A DNA stretch of 64,000 nt from Bacteroidales bacterium. GTDB lineage: Bacteria; Bacteroidota; Bacteroidia; Bacteroidales; VadinHA17. This document shows, one piece after another, positions 48,110-57,936 of the stretch. Numbering within the stretch: the first letter of the stretch is position 1; each line of letters starts with the position of its first letter. Both the position numbers and the translations under genes were made by a program. Below the pieces are notes generated by a model, which saw nothing but the letters and a program-made list of their open reading frames with translations, was not told the DNA's origin and ran no database searches. The DNA lies in assembly GCA_011620595.1 (NCBI GenBank), contig WOYX01000009.1:2069-66068 (forward strand). The letters are read 5' to 3'.

Positions 48110-49486
48110 ATGGCCCAGAAACCGTCAGTTCCAAGGGGAACACGAGACTTCTCTCCGGCAGAGATGCTACGCCGAAATTACATCTTCGATATTATCAGGA
48201 GGACCTTCTCCATCTACGGCTATCTGCCCCTGGAGACACCTGCCATGGAGAACCTCTCCACACTCCTTGGAAAGTACGGCGAGGAGGGAGACAGGCTGAT
48301 ATTCCGAATACTCAACTCGGGAGACTTCCTCTCCGGCCTTGAACCATCCGCTCTTGCCGGTGCTGACAGCGCCTCCCTGGCATCCCGTTTTTCGGAAAAG
48401 GGACTGAGGTATGACCTTACGGTTCCCTTTGCCCGCTATGTGGTACAGCACCGCGATGAGATCAGCTTTCCCTTCAGGAGATACCAGATACAACCCGTAT
48501 GGAGGGCTGACAAGCCGCAGAAGGGAAGGTACAGGGAGTTCTTCCAGTGCGATGCGGATGTCATCGGCAGCGATTCGCTGCTGAATGAGTTTGAACTGAT
48601 ACGTATTATTGACCGTGTCTTCAGTGAGCTGAAGATCAATGTCTTAATCAATGTCAACAACCGCAAGATACTTGCCGGCATTGCGGCGACAGCCGGGGCA
48701 GGTGACAGGATCACCGATATCACCGTTGCCATTGACAAGCTCGAAAAGTTAGGCAGTGAGGGTGTCCGGCAGGAGCTGCTGCAACGTGGCATTACTCCTG
48801 ACGTCATCAGACGGCTTGACCCGTTCCTCAGCCTCAGGGGATCAGCAGAAGAGAAGATGACCGGACTGAAGCGTGAGATAGCAGCATCACAGGAAGGGCT
48901 GAAAGGTATCTCCGAGATGGAGGAGCTCTTCTCCTATCTGGGCATGGAGCCGTCACAGGCAAGGGTGGAACTAGATCTCTCACTTGCACGCGGACTGAAC
49001 TACTACACCGGAACCATAATCGAGGTAAAGGCAGCTGATATGGCCATCGGGAGCATATGCGGCGGAGGACGTTATGATGATCTTACCGGTATCTTCGGGC
49101 TGCCGGGCGTCTCAGGCGTGGGAGTGTCATTCGGTGCTGACAGGATATATGATGTGATGCTCCATCTGGGACTCTTCCCTGAGCAGACCGGCGCCTCTAC
49201 CGAAGCACTGGTCATCAACTTTGGAAGGGATGAGCTTCCGGAGCAGATAAAAATTACCGCAGCACTGCGTGAGGCAGGAATAGCCACGGAGCTTTTCCCC
49301 GATGCCGTCAGGCTGAAGAAGCAGTTCAGCTACGCTGACGCACAGCATATACCCCTGGTGATCATCGCCGGCAGCGAGGAGATAAAAGCCTCTCAGGCCA
49401 CGGTCCGCAACATGAAAACGGGAAAACAGACAACCGTGTCGCTGTCTGCCCTCCCGGAATTTATCAGCGAAGCGAAGAATCGCTGA
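48110..49486 (+). CDS. hisS: Histidine--tRNA ligase
   Basis: The internal ATG gives MAQKPSVPRGTRDF, a typical HisRS N-terminus. Class II motifs RYQIQPVWRADKPQKGRYREFFQCD and GGGRYD are present. The ORF-track start at 48044 is an extension. Confidence 0.95.
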   Translation: MAQKPSVPRGTRDFSPAEMLRRNYIFDIIRRTFSIYGYLPLETPAMENLSTLLGKYGEEGDRLIFRILNSGDFLSGLEPSALAGADSASLASRFSEKGLRYDLTVPFARYVVQHRDEISFPFRRYQIQPVWRADKPQKGRYREFFQCDADVIGSDSLLNEFELIRIIDRVFSELKINVLINVNNRKILAGIAATAGAGDRITDITVAIDKLEKLGSEGVRQELLQRGITPDVIRRLDPFLSLRGSAEEKMTGLKREIAASQEGLKGISEMEELFSYLGMEPSQARVELDLSLARGLNYYTGTIIEVKAADMAIGSICGGGRYDDLTGIFGLPGVSGVGVSFGADRIYDVMLHLGLFPEQTGASTEALVINFGRDELPEQIKITAALREAGIATELFPDAVRLKKQFSYADAQHIPLVIIAGSEEIKASQATVRNMKTGKQTTVSLSALPEFISEAKNR

Positions 49487-49503
49487 GATATTATTACCGA
49501 CCG

Positions 49504-50034
49504 TTAAAGGTCGGGGCTCTCGGTCTGGTTGAAACGTCCCCTGCCAGGCTGAACCCCTGTCTGTCCCTGTCTCCTCTGGTTAAGCTCCCTGAGCAGATGC
49601 TGCTTGTACAGGTTCTCAATCTGGAACAGCCTTATTACCTTCAGCGGAGGCAACACCTTCTTGATATCCCGGTTAAACGATGAGACCAGGGTGGCCTCGT
49701 CTGCATATGTCTGCACCAGCCTGTCAGCGGTAGCCGACAGTTCGGCATCACTCATCTTCGACTCATTCTGCGATGCATTACGCATCAGCGACAGCCTTTC
49801 AGCCTGCAGGCTGCTCTTATCGTCTGAGAATTTGTTGTACAGCGGCCAGAATTTCTCTGCCTCCGCCGGGGTGAGATCAAGACGCTGCGTGAAGAAGGCT
49901 ATCTTGTAGGCTGTGAGCCTCTCATTGTCAGCCTGGCCCTGGCCCTGGCCCTGGCCCATTCTCTGTCCCTGGGCGCTTGCTCCGGTGATTGCGGCAAGCA
50001 TGATAATGACCACCGCGTGTAAGGTTCTTTTCAT
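49504..50034 (-). CDS. Periplasmic Spy/CpxP-like helical protein with a GQ repeat
   Basis: The internal ATG gives MKRTLHAVVIIMLAAITGASAQ (a signal peptide) and then GQRMGQGQGQGQ. The helical LTPAEAEKFWPLYNKF is similar to LTXXQ family members. Confidence 0.6.
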   Translation of the reverse strand: MKRTLHAVVIIMLAAITGASAQGQRMGQGQGQGQADNERLTAYKIAFFTQRLDLTPAEAEKFWPLYNKFSDDKSSLQAERLSLMRNASQNESKMSDAELSATADRLVQTYADEATLVSSFNRDIKKVLPPLKVIRLFQIENLYKQHLLRELNQRRQGQTGVQPGRGRFNQTESPDL

Positions 50035-50041
50035 GATGTTA

Positions 50042-50545
50042 CTATAAAAGTTCATATATATCATTCAGGTCCACATCTTCCATCAGAAGATAATCAATAA
50101 TGGCGTCGGAGGATATCTCTTCTTCTGCCTGCTGCAGGTCCGATGAAGTAGCCGTTCCTTCTGATCCCGTCACACCCGTTTCCGGGGTTAACTCTTCGGT
50201 AACCACCTCCATCAGCTCATTTTCAAGCATATATATTTCGAACTGCTCTGCCTCAAGATCGGCAAAGAGGCTGCCGTTAAGCTCATCTGCGCCCCTCTCC
50301 ATCCCGCCTGATACCAGCCTCACCGTGAAAGTGGCCAGCAGGGCGAAGCCTGCGACGGCTGCTGCCAGGGCAAGGAAAGGCCTGAGATTCATGCGTCTGA
50401 CAGGCGTCTCCGCTGCCCCGTTGCCCTTCTCCTCCTCCATGCTCCCGCTGATGGCTGACATCGTTCTCTCTGTCAGTGTCTCAAAGTAGCCTTCCGGTAC
50501 CCTGAAGGGATTGTTCTTTTTTATTTCATCATTGAGTTTCATCAC
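50042..50545 (-). CDS. Putative anti-sigma factor (single-pass membrane protein)
   Basis: 167 aa with a central TM (LRPFLALAAAVAGFALLATFTV). It lies between the ECF sigma gene and the Spy-like gene. Confidence 0.5.
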   Translation of the reverse strand: MMKLNDEIKKNNPFRVPEGYFETLTERTMSAISGSMEEEKGNGAAETPVRRMNLRPFLALAAAVAGFALLATFTVRLVSGGMERGADELNGSLFADLEAEQFEIYMLENELMEVVTEELTPETGVTGSEGTATSSDLQQAEEEISSDAIIDYLLMEDVDLNDIYELL

Positions 50546-50669
50546 TCTCTCTTTTCTTCTCTCAGCTTCGGCCGAAACCCTTTAGTCAAATGTATTGTTT
50601 ATAACTGTTTGTCTTTCGTTTGCCTGTGGCTCTCATAACATTTCTTTGACGTCAGTCAGCCTCATTGGT

Positions 50670-51212
50670 TTAATCGTCCTGCAAAAACTGCTCTATTTTT
50701 TTTACGGCATGGTGATATGAGGCCTTCAGTGCCCCCACCGAGGTGCCTGTCACTCCGCTCATATCCTCATAGCTCATGTCGTCGAAGTATTTCATGTTGA
50801 AGACTGCACGCTGTTTGTCCGGCAGCTTCATGATGGCATTCTGCAATTTTGCGGATGCCTCGTCGCCGTCGAAATAACTGCTGCCTTCCGCCGACCATGC
50901 AAAGAGACTTTCAAGATCGTCAAGCGCGATGCCGCTCTCTTTCTCCCTCATTCTCAGCAGGGTCAGCGCCTCATTGGTGGCGATGGAATAGAGCCATGTA
51001 TAGATGGAGCTCTCATACCGGAATGACCCGATATTCTTCCAGGCGTTGAGAAAGGTGTTCTGCAGCACATCGTCGGCATCGTCATGGGTTATGACAATCC
51101 TGCGGATATGCCAGTAGAGCTTTGATCCGTACTTATCGACAATCAAACGGAAAGCCTTCTCGCCATCCGTATGGATGATCTTCTTTATATCCTCTTCGGT
51201 GATCTGTAACAT
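50670..51212 (-). CDS. ECF RNA polymerase sigma factor
   Basis: 180 aa. Region 2 is DDADDVLQNTFLNAW...WLYSIATN. The region 4 HTH is SYEDMSGVTGTSVGALKASYHHAVKKIE. Confidence 0.9.
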   Translation of the reverse strand: MLQITEEDIKKIIHTDGEKAFRLIVDKYGSKLYWHIRRIVITHDDADDVLQNTFLNAWKNIGSFRYESSIYTWLYSIATNEALTLLRMREKESGIALDDLESLFAWSAEGSSYFDGDEASAKLQNAIMKLPDKQRAVFNMKYFDDMSYEDMSGVTGTSVGALKASYHHAVKKIEQFLQDD

Positions 51213-51336
51213 TACACTGGCCGGAGCCGTTTAACAGTAAGACGTACCGTAGCATCATTGGTTTAAAACAGATGTCAAAAATAGCAAAATCTATCGGCCC
51301 CGGTGATGCGGCTTGTGGCTGCTTGTCGCTTTTTGG

Positions 51337-51344
51337 TACCTTTG
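51337..51344 (+). promoter_or_regulatory. -7 promoter box TACCTTTG for ychF
   Basis: It matches TAnnTTTG and lies 23 nt upstream of the ATG at 51367. Confidence 0.5.
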
Positions 51345-51366
51345 CAGCAACAAAAATTCAGAAGGA

Positions 51367-52455
51367 ATGGCACTGAAATGCGGCATTATAGGAATTATGA
51401 GCGTAGGCAAAACCACGATCTTCAATTGCATATCCAACACCCGCGGTGAGACCGACACCTACGGTACGGGTGTGAAGGCAAACCTCGGCGTGATACAGGT
51501 ACCTGACCAGAGGCTGTATGAGCTTGAGAAGCTTCAGCCAACAGAGCGGGTGGTACACACTACGGTGGATATTGTGGATATACCGGGGCTGGCCCGGGGG
51601 CAGGGTGACAGCTCCGGCGCCAGGCTGCTGGGAGAGATAAGGAACACCGACGCCCTGATACATGTCCTGCGATGCTTTGATGACGACAGGCTGCCTCACA
51701 TCAACGGTTCCGTCGATCCTGTCAGGGACCTTGAGAATGTTGAATTCGAGCTGCAGGTTAAGGATGTGGAGTCAGTGAAGAAAAAGATACAGCGCCTTGA
51801 GCGTGCCGCCAAGACAGGTGATAAGGATGCCCGGCACGGTATAGAGGTGCTCAACCGCTACAGGGAGCACCTGGAGGGATTCCGTAGCGCCTCCTCGATG
51901 GAGGTGAAGCCTGAGGATAAGAGATATGTCGACGACATCTTCCTTCTCACGATGAAGCCGGTGCTCTATGTATGCAATGTTGATGAGGCCTCTGCCGTTA
52001 ACGGTAACGGATATGTCTCGGCCGTCAGGGAGTATCTTGCCGCCAGGGGAGCAGCACCGCTGGTGATTGCCGGCGCCCTGGAGGCGGAGATAGCCAACCT
52101 GAGCGAGGCGGCTGACAGGATGGAGTTTCTGCGTGATGCCGGGCTCGACGAACCGGGAGTCAACAAGCTCGTCAGGGCTGCCTATGAGATGCTTGACCTG
52201 CTCACCTTCTTTACTGTCGGCCCCAGGGAGATAAGGGCCTGGACCATTACATCGGGGATGACAGCCCCGCAGGCTGCCGGGGTGATACACTCCGACCTGG
52301 AAAGGGGTTTCATCAGGGCCGAGGTGATGAAATATGCCGACTTCATTGCACTGGGGTCGGAGCATGCCTGCCGCGAGGCCGGAAAACTGTCGGTGGAAGG
52401 AAAAAACTACGTGGTTGATGACGGTGATATACTGCATATACGGTTTAATGTATAA
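51367..52455 (+). CDS. ychF: Redox-regulated ATPase YchF
   Basis: The internal ATG gives MALKCGIIGIMSVGKTTIFNC. It has a TGS-like C-terminus (ERGFIRAEV...DGDILHIRFNV). Confidence 0.9.
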   Translation: MALKCGIIGIMSVGKTTIFNCISNTRGETDTYGTGVKANLGVIQVPDQRLYELEKLQPTERVVHTTVDIVDIPGLARGQGDSSGARLLGEIRNTDALIHVLRCFDDDRLPHINGSVDPVRDLENVEFELQVKDVESVKKKIQRLERAAKTGDKDARHGIEVLNRYREHLEGFRSASSMEVKPEDKRYVDDIFLLTMKPVLYVCNVDEASAVNGNGYVSAVREYLAARGAAPLVIAGALEAEIANLSEAADRMEFLRDAGLDEPGVNKLVRAAYEMLDLLTFFTVGPREIRAWTITSGMTAPQAAGVIHSDLERGFIRAEVMKYADFIALGSEHACREAGKLSVEGKNYVVDDGDILHIRFNV

Positions 52456-52464
52456 CAGTTACCG

Positions 52465-54171
52465 GTGAGATACCTGCTGCTCATATGGTTATTCCTTCTC
52501 TTTGCAGTTGGTGTCAACGGGTACGGCCAGAACCCTTCCCGGGGAGATGATATACTCAAAGCCATCGAACAGTACGGACAGGCTGAGGTGATAATTGCCT
52601 ACCCCGGCTTCGACGCCATGACAGCGCTTGCCTCACGGTTTTCCGTATCATATTGCGACGGCACCTCAGCAATACTCTGCCTATCACCGTTAACTGCCCG
52701 CGAGTTTATCATCTCGGGCACGCAATACAGACTTGTCCCGCCCGCGGATAGCAAGGGCTTCTTCACCGCCGGTTCTGCAGCTGAGGCAATGATGTGGCAG
52801 TCCTATCCCACCTGGCAGCACTATGATACCATCATGCACAAGATCGCCGACAAGTGGCCCGGTCTGTGCACCCTGGACACCATCGGGTTCAGCATCATGG
52901 GAAGGGCCATCCTGGTCATGAAAATATCAGGTAACTCCTCTGATGATGAGCCCAGGCCGAAGGTGATGCTCAGCTCAACAATCCACGGTGATGAGCCCGC
53001 CGGGTTTGTGATGCTCATGAGGCTGGCGGAGTATCTCGCCTGTGAGAGCGAAAATGAAGGCCTCGTCTCAGAACTCACCTCGCGGCTCGAGATATGGATC
53101 AATCCACTGGCGAACCCTGACGGGATGTACCGTAACAATGACACCATGATCTATCCCGTCAGGGCCAACAGCAACGGGTATGACCTCAACCGCAATTTCC
53201 CGGATCCCGGGGTGGCCTCACCGCCGCCGCTGCAGAAGGAGACGCTTGACATGATCAGATTCATGGAGGAGAAAAGATTTGTGCTCTCTGCCAACCTCCA
53301 CTCCGGCGCTGAGGTGGTCAATTATCCCTGGGACAAATGGACGAGGCTTCATGCTGATGACGACTGGTTCGGTCAGATCAGCAGACGGTATGCAGATACA
53401 GTACACAGGTACGCCGAGAAGGGCTACATGACCTTCCTTGATAACGGCGTAACGCGAGGGTGGGAGTGGTATACCGTCAGGGGCGGAAGACAGGATTTCG
53501 TGACCTGGGGCCTCGGGGGACGCGAGGTAACCATCGAGATCGATGACATAAAGATGACTCAGGGCTCTAACCTTGAGGCACTCTGGCAATGGAACCACAG
53601 GTCACTGCTGCGCTTTTTGGCCGAAGCACTCCATGGTATCAGGGGCAGGGTCACCGATGCCGAAACGGGGGACCCGCTTCCTGCCAGGATATTTATCGAA
53701 GACCACGACTTCGACTCATCCCACGTTTATGCCGACACCCTCACGGGTTATTACTGCAGGTACCCGGCACCGGGTGAGTACAGCATCATTTTTTCCTGCC
53801 CGGGATACGAGCCATACTGGCTGGAAGCAGAACTTTCCGCCTGGGATGCAGGTCTTACAGTGGATATACAGCTGCCGAAACAGGATGAGAGATGGCCTGA
53901 CCCTCCCGTCTCCGAGCTGCTCATCTGGCCCAATCCTTCCGACGGAAGATTCCGCATCATGCCACCGCAGCTCCTGGCCGGAGAGGTGACAATCACCCTC
54001 AGCACCACCTTGGGGTCCGTCGCCGGAAGCTACCGTACCACAGCCTACTCCGGCCTGCCGTTGCAGTGCGACTTCAGCGGCCTCTCCACGGGAGTATATA
54101 TTGTGTCTGTGAGAAAAGAGCCGTATGGCCCCACGGTACGCGGCAGGGCAGTGATCATCAGGCAGCAGTAG
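52465..54171 (+). CDS. M14-family zinc carboxypeptidase with a T9SS C-terminal sorting domain
   Basis: 568 aa with a GTG start and a signal peptide. The HxxE zinc motif is IHGDEPAG, followed by a CarboxypepD_reg-like stretch (IRGRVTDAETGDPL). The C-terminus LLIWPNPSDGRF...GVYIVSV is a Por secretion tail. Confidence 0.8.
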   Translation: MRYLLLIWLFLLFAVGVNGYGQNPSRGDDILKAIEQYGQAEVIIAYPGFDAMTALASRFSVSYCDGTSAILCLSPLTAREFIISGTQYRLVPPADSKGFFTAGSAAEAMMWQSYPTWQHYDTIMHKIADKWPGLCTLDTIGFSIMGRAILVMKISGNSSDDEPRPKVMLSSTIHGDEPAGFVMLMRLAEYLACESENEGLVSELTSRLEIWINPLANPDGMYRNNDTMIYPVRANSNGYDLNRNFPDPGVASPPPLQKETLDMIRFMEEKRFVLSANLHSGAEVVNYPWDKWTRLHADDDWFGQISRRYADTVHRYAEKGYMTFLDNGVTRGWEWYTVRGGRQDFVTWGLGGREVTIEIDDIKMTQGSNLEALWQWNHRSLLRFLAEALHGIRGRVTDAETGDPLPARIFIEDHDFDSSHVYADTLTGYYCRYPAPGEYSIIFSCPGYEPYWLEAELSAWDAGLTVDIQLPKQDERWPDPPVSELLIWPNPSDGRFRIMPPQLLAGEVTITLSTTLGSVAGSYRTTAYSGLPLQCDFSGLSTGVYIVSVRKEPYGPTVRGRAVIIRQQ

Positions 54172-54229
54172 AAGTGACCCGGAGTTGACATCTTTGTGAC
54201 AATCTTGTTGCAGTTAAAGCCAAAACTGA

Positions 54230-54237
54230 TATTTTTG
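54230..54237 (+). promoter_or_regulatory. -7 promoter box TATTTTTG
   Basis: An exact TAnnTTTG match 32 nt upstream of the ATG at 54269. Confidence 0.5.
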
Positions 54238-54268
54238 GGGCTTATTTCCTGCATTTTACTCTTTGAAC

Positions 54269-55918
54269 ATGAAAAAAGTACTTACGGTCTTGTCCCTGTC
54301 TCTCCTCTCTGCTTTCGCCATAGCACAGTCTGCCTATATACCTCCCGAGAAACCCAGGCTGGTGATTGGCATTGTCGTTGAGCAGCTTCGTTTCGATCAG
54401 CTGGAGCGTATATGGAATACTCTGCCCGACGACGGACTGAAGAGGCTGGTCAGCGAGGGTACCTATTACCGCAATGTCTCGCTCGACTATGTCTCCACAC
54501 AGGCAGGACCGGGATTTGCGACCATCTCCACCGGCGCCACCCCATCGCAGCACGGCATCACCTCGGACTCATGGTTCCATCCCTTCAATGACCAGATAAT
54601 ATACTGCGTGCAGGACCCCGACGCTGCAGCCGTGGGAGGCACCTTTGAGACAGGACTCTTCTCCCCGGCGAATCTTCTCTCATCGACCTTTGCAGATGAG
54701 CTGGAGATGTCATCCTGCGGAGTGTCAAAGGTCTACGGCATCGGCATGAAGGAGATGGGAGCCATACTTACGGCAGGTCATGCTGCCGACGGCGCCTTCT
54801 GGTATGATGACCGCACCGGAACGTGGATGAGCAGCGATTATTACGGTCCGCAGTTGCCGGGGTGGCTCATGGACCTCAACGCAATGATGATGCCCGGCCA
54901 GTATCTGAACCAGCCATGGACCCCGCTGATGGACCCGGTGCTCTACCCGGGCTGCCAGCCTGACTCCAGTGACCTGGAAAAAGGGTTTAACGGCCAAAGC
55001 TGGTTTCCCTATGACCTCAGGAAACTCTCAACAAACGGCAGGCTGCTCAGGACAGAGAGGGATTACTCCATCCTCCGCGAAACCCCCTTCGCTGATGACT
55101 TCACTACCGAGCTGGCACTGAGACTCATCAGCAATGAGCAGATGGGACAGGATGAGGTGACGGATTATCTGGCAATTACATACTCGGCCACAGAACAGAT
55201 CGGACACCGCTTTGGCCCCTCATCAGTAGAGAGCTCGGATGCCCTGGTGAGACTCGACAGAAACATCAGCAGGCTTCTGGGGGAGATAGACAAATCACTT
55301 GGCAAAAAGAATGTGCTTGTCTATTTCGTCTCAGCCCACGGCATCTCGGAGATACCGGCCCTGCTGGCTGCCAGCCGTATACCGTCAGGATACTTCAGGA
55401 TCAATCAGTCGCTACAGCTCCTTCGCAGCTATCTCAATGCCATCTACGGCACGGGCGACTGGGTCAGGGGATTCTTTGACAACCAGATATATCTCAACAG
55501 GCCGCTGATCGAAGATGCAAAGATAAGCCTGGGCGAGATTCAGAGACGTGTGGCGCGATTCATGGTTCAGTTCTCGGGTATAGCAGCTGCGGTGCCTACC
55601 TCATCGTTCGAGATGAGTGACTTCTCCGCAGGTCTGCTGCTCAAGATGAGCAACAACTTCAGCCAGCAGCGGTCGGGCGATGTTATGATTGCCCTCAATC
55701 CGGGCTGGGTGGAGAAGACTGACCATGTTACCGGGCACAACTCCCCCTATGAATATGACAGCCATGTGCCGCTGATATGGTTCGGATGGACAGCCAGCAA
55801 GGCCTCCGTCACCCGCAGTGTCAGCACCAGGGATATTGCCGTCACCCTATCGATACTGTGCAGGATACCGCGGCCGAATGCAGCCAGCGGCGACCCGCTG
55901 CATGAACTGTTCAGGTAG
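54269..55918 (+). CDS. Alkaline-phosphatase superfamily phosphatase/phosphodiesterase (PafA/NPP-like)
   Basis: ATG at 54269 gives MKKVLTVLSLSLLSAFAIAQ (a signal peptide). VIGIVVEQLRFDQL and FATISTGATPSQHGI match the metal-site and nucleophile-Thr regions of this superfamily. Confidence 0.75.
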   Translation: MKKVLTVLSLSLLSAFAIAQSAYIPPEKPRLVIGIVVEQLRFDQLERIWNTLPDDGLKRLVSEGTYYRNVSLDYVSTQAGPGFATISTGATPSQHGITSDSWFHPFNDQIIYCVQDPDAAAVGGTFETGLFSPANLLSSTFADELEMSSCGVSKVYGIGMKEMGAILTAGHAADGAFWYDDRTGTWMSSDYYGPQLPGWLMDLNAMMMPGQYLNQPWTPLMDPVLYPGCQPDSSDLEKGFNGQSWFPYDLRKLSTNGRLLRTERDYSILRETPFADDFTTELALRLISNEQMGQDEVTDYLAITYSATEQIGHRFGPSSVESSDALVRLDRNISRLLGEIDKSLGKKNVLVYFVSAHGISEIPALLAASRIPSGYFRINQSLQLLRSYLNAIYGTGDWVRGFFDNQIYLNRPLIEDAKISLGEIQRRVARFMVQFSGIAAAVPTSSFEMSDFSAGLLLKMSNNFSQQRSGDVMIALNPGWVEKTDHVTGHNSPYEYDSHVPLIWFGWTASKASVTRSVSTRDIAVTLSILCRIPRPNAASGDPLHELFR

Positions 55919-55986
55919 AGCCGGCGGCAGCAACCATCGGAGAACTTATGCGCGGATTTTCATGGAAATCAACCTGACAGTGCAGG

Positions 55987-56727
55987 TCAGACAGTCACCG
56001 TCCGGTGGTTTAGCCGGTCTCTGACGCGGCATGCCTCATTTATAAGCATTGGATCCTGTTCGCATCCGTTACCTGTCACCACCATATCCGCCCCGGCAAC
56101 AAAGGCGTCCTCTATTTTTCCGGGTGTGTCAAGCCCTCCGCCGGTGATGATCGGTATTCGCAACTCTGACCGCACAGCCCTTATCATGGCAGGGGCCACC
56201 GGCCTGGCAGCACCGCTGCCGCCCTCAAGATAGATGGCCGACATACCCAGCATCTCACCGGCAAGAGCTGTTGCAACGGCGATGTCATGCTTGTCATACG
56301 GCAGGGGAGAGGTCTGGCTCATGTATTCAACGGAGGTCCTGCTGCCGCAGTCGACGAGTATGTAGCCCACAGGAATGACCCTCTCACGCATATGTCTCAG
56401 ATGCGGGGCGGCAATGACATGATTGCCGATAAGCAACTCTGGATTGCGGCCGCTGATGAGCGACAGCAGAAAGACAGCGTCTGCCTCGTCAGTCAGCTGC
56501 GTCAGGTCGCCAGGGAAGAGTATGACTGGCTTCTCTGAGAGCTCTTTCAGCCTCCTGATCACACTGCTGACACTGACAGAGGTCAGACTCCCGCCGACAA
56601 GGAACAGATCTGCACCGGCTTCTGCAGCATGTCCTGCCACCGCCACCAGCGTCTCCTCCCCGGCCCTGTCAGGGTCAATGAGCTGCGCAACTACCTTTCT
56701 GTCCCTCCATGGGATTTCAACTCTCAT
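55987..56727 (-). CDS. Geranylgeranylglyceryl / heptaprenylglyceryl phosphate synthase family (PcrB/GGGPS)
   Basis: The internal ATG (MRVEIPWRDRKVVAQLIDPD) fits the family N-terminus. YLEGGSGA and PIITGGGL phosphate-binding motifs are present. The ORF-track start at 56805 would overlap the upstream gene by 89 nt. Confidence 0.8.
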   Translation of the reverse strand: MRVEIPWRDRKVVAQLIDPDRAGEETLVAVAGHAAEAGADLFLVGGSLTSVSVSSVIRRLKELSEKPVILFPGDLTQLTDEADAVFLLSLISGRNPELLIGNHVIAAPHLRHMRERVIPVGYILVDCGSRTSVEYMSQTSPLPYDKHDIAVATALAGEMLGMSAIYLEGGSGAARPVAPAMIRAVRSELRIPIITGGGLDTPGKIEDAFVAGADMVVTGNGCEQDPMLINEACRVRDRLNHRTVTV

Positions 56728-57361
56728 GCTTCTTCCTGGTCCAGACAATCGTGTAATTGTCATATTTCGAATAAAAGAGCGTAAACTGATCATTGATCCG
56801 CTCATTCTTTACATATCCCCGGATCTCACCCGACTCCTTCACGTCGAAGGGTTCAATGGTAATGTCATTGACAATATTTATTCCCTCCTTGTCGCATATC
56901 TTGTAGATGGTCTCCTTGGCACACCAGTGGATATAGAGATGGTAGGTTCTGTCTGCCCAGCGCCGTGTGATCTTCTCCCTCTTATTGAGAAACCGTGATG
57001 CAAAGGCGTTGATATTCACCCTCATGTACTCCAGGTCAATGCCAACCCTCTCATTGGTGCTGAGAATTATTGCTGTCAGCTCGTTGGAGTGTGATATGCT
57101 TATGAAGTGAGACCCGTCCTTTAGGAAGGGCTTGTTGTTCTTGTTATAGACTATACGGGCGTTTTTGTCAAGCATCTCGGCCAGCAGGGCCCTGACGCTC
57201 AGGAACTCCACCTTCCTGGATGTACTGCGGAACAGTGAGTATCTCTTTTTGTCTTCCGGACTCAGCTCCACCATCTCAAGAAGGGTTTGCAGATCCTCCT
57301 CGATCTTCCAGACACCCAACATGGTCTCCCTGTTCAGATAGTGTTTGGTGATGCAGCCCAT
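56717..57361 (-). CDS. 4'-phosphopantetheinyl transferase superfamily protein
   Basis: 214 aa. The motifs RVGIDLEYM and HWCAKETIYK match GxD and W/FxxKE(A/S)xxK. Confidence 0.85.
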   Translation of the reverse strand: MGCITKHYLNRETMLGVWKIEEDLQTLLEMVELSPEDKKRYSLFRSTSRKVEFLSVRALLAEMLDKNARIVYNKNNKPFLKDGSHFISISHSNELTAIILSTNERVGIDLEYMRVNINAFASRFLNKREKITRRWADRTYHLYIHWCAKETIYKICDKEGINIVNDITIEPFDVKESGEIRGYVKNERINDQFTLFYSKYDNYTIVWTRKKHES

Positions 57362-57363
57362 AG

Positions 57364-57936
57364 TTACCTCCAGTTCAGGGTCTCAATAAGGTGGATAATA
57401 TCCTCACGGAGGAAGCTGATAACCGGCATCAGTGAATCTTCATTGGGCTGAGCCATGAAGTAGAGAGACCCCCGCAGGTAATGCTTCGTGCTGTCGGTGA
57501 CGAAGAACTGCACCGCAGAGGCGGTATTGCCCTTAAGGTCGTACAGCATGCCGTATACACGTGATGAGTCGTCTGACCAGAGCCTCTCTTCTATTGCATC
57601 AGCCCTGATGGTGTGCTTGTAGGCCAGCTCGCGCGACATCTCGGTGAGGGTGGCAAGGTTGCCCGAGAGGTCGAAGTAGGTGAGGTGGATCATGGCCCTG
57701 AAACCGGGAAACTCGATGTCCATCCAGCAGGTGTCGGAGGCATCTGTGGGCCTGGGATTGACATTGCCGTAGGCAGGGTACTCAATGGAATAGGAGCAGG
57801 GAGAATCAAAACGGATATAACTCTTCTCCGGCAGATCGATGCGGAAATATCCTGCCGGACGTGGTACGGAAGCTTGGCGGCAGCCACCCAGGAACAGTGC
57901 GGCAATAAGCATGAATGATGCAACGGTCTGTCTCAT
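57364..57936 (-). CDS. gldD: Gliding motility lipoprotein GldD
   Basis: 190 aa. The lipobox is LFLGGC. PRPAGYFRIDLPEKSY...IEYPAYG is typical of GldD. It overlaps gldE by 4 nt. Confidence 0.8.
   Translation of the reverse strand: MRQTVASFMLIAALFLGGCRQASVPRPAGYFRIDLPEKSYIRFDSPCSYSIEYPAYGNVNPRPTDASDTCWMDIEFPGFRAMIHLTYFDLSGNLATLTEMSRELAYKHTIRADAIEERLWSDDSSRVYGMLYDLKGNTASAVQFFVTDSTKHYLRGSLYFMAQPNEDSLMPVISFLREDIIHLIETLNWR

Noticed and set aside
49931-49957. ctggcc x4 tandem tract as a CRISPR-like or regulatory repeat
   Set aside because: It lies within a coding region and simply encodes the GQGQGQGQ stretch of the Spy-like protein. It has no spacers and no array structure.
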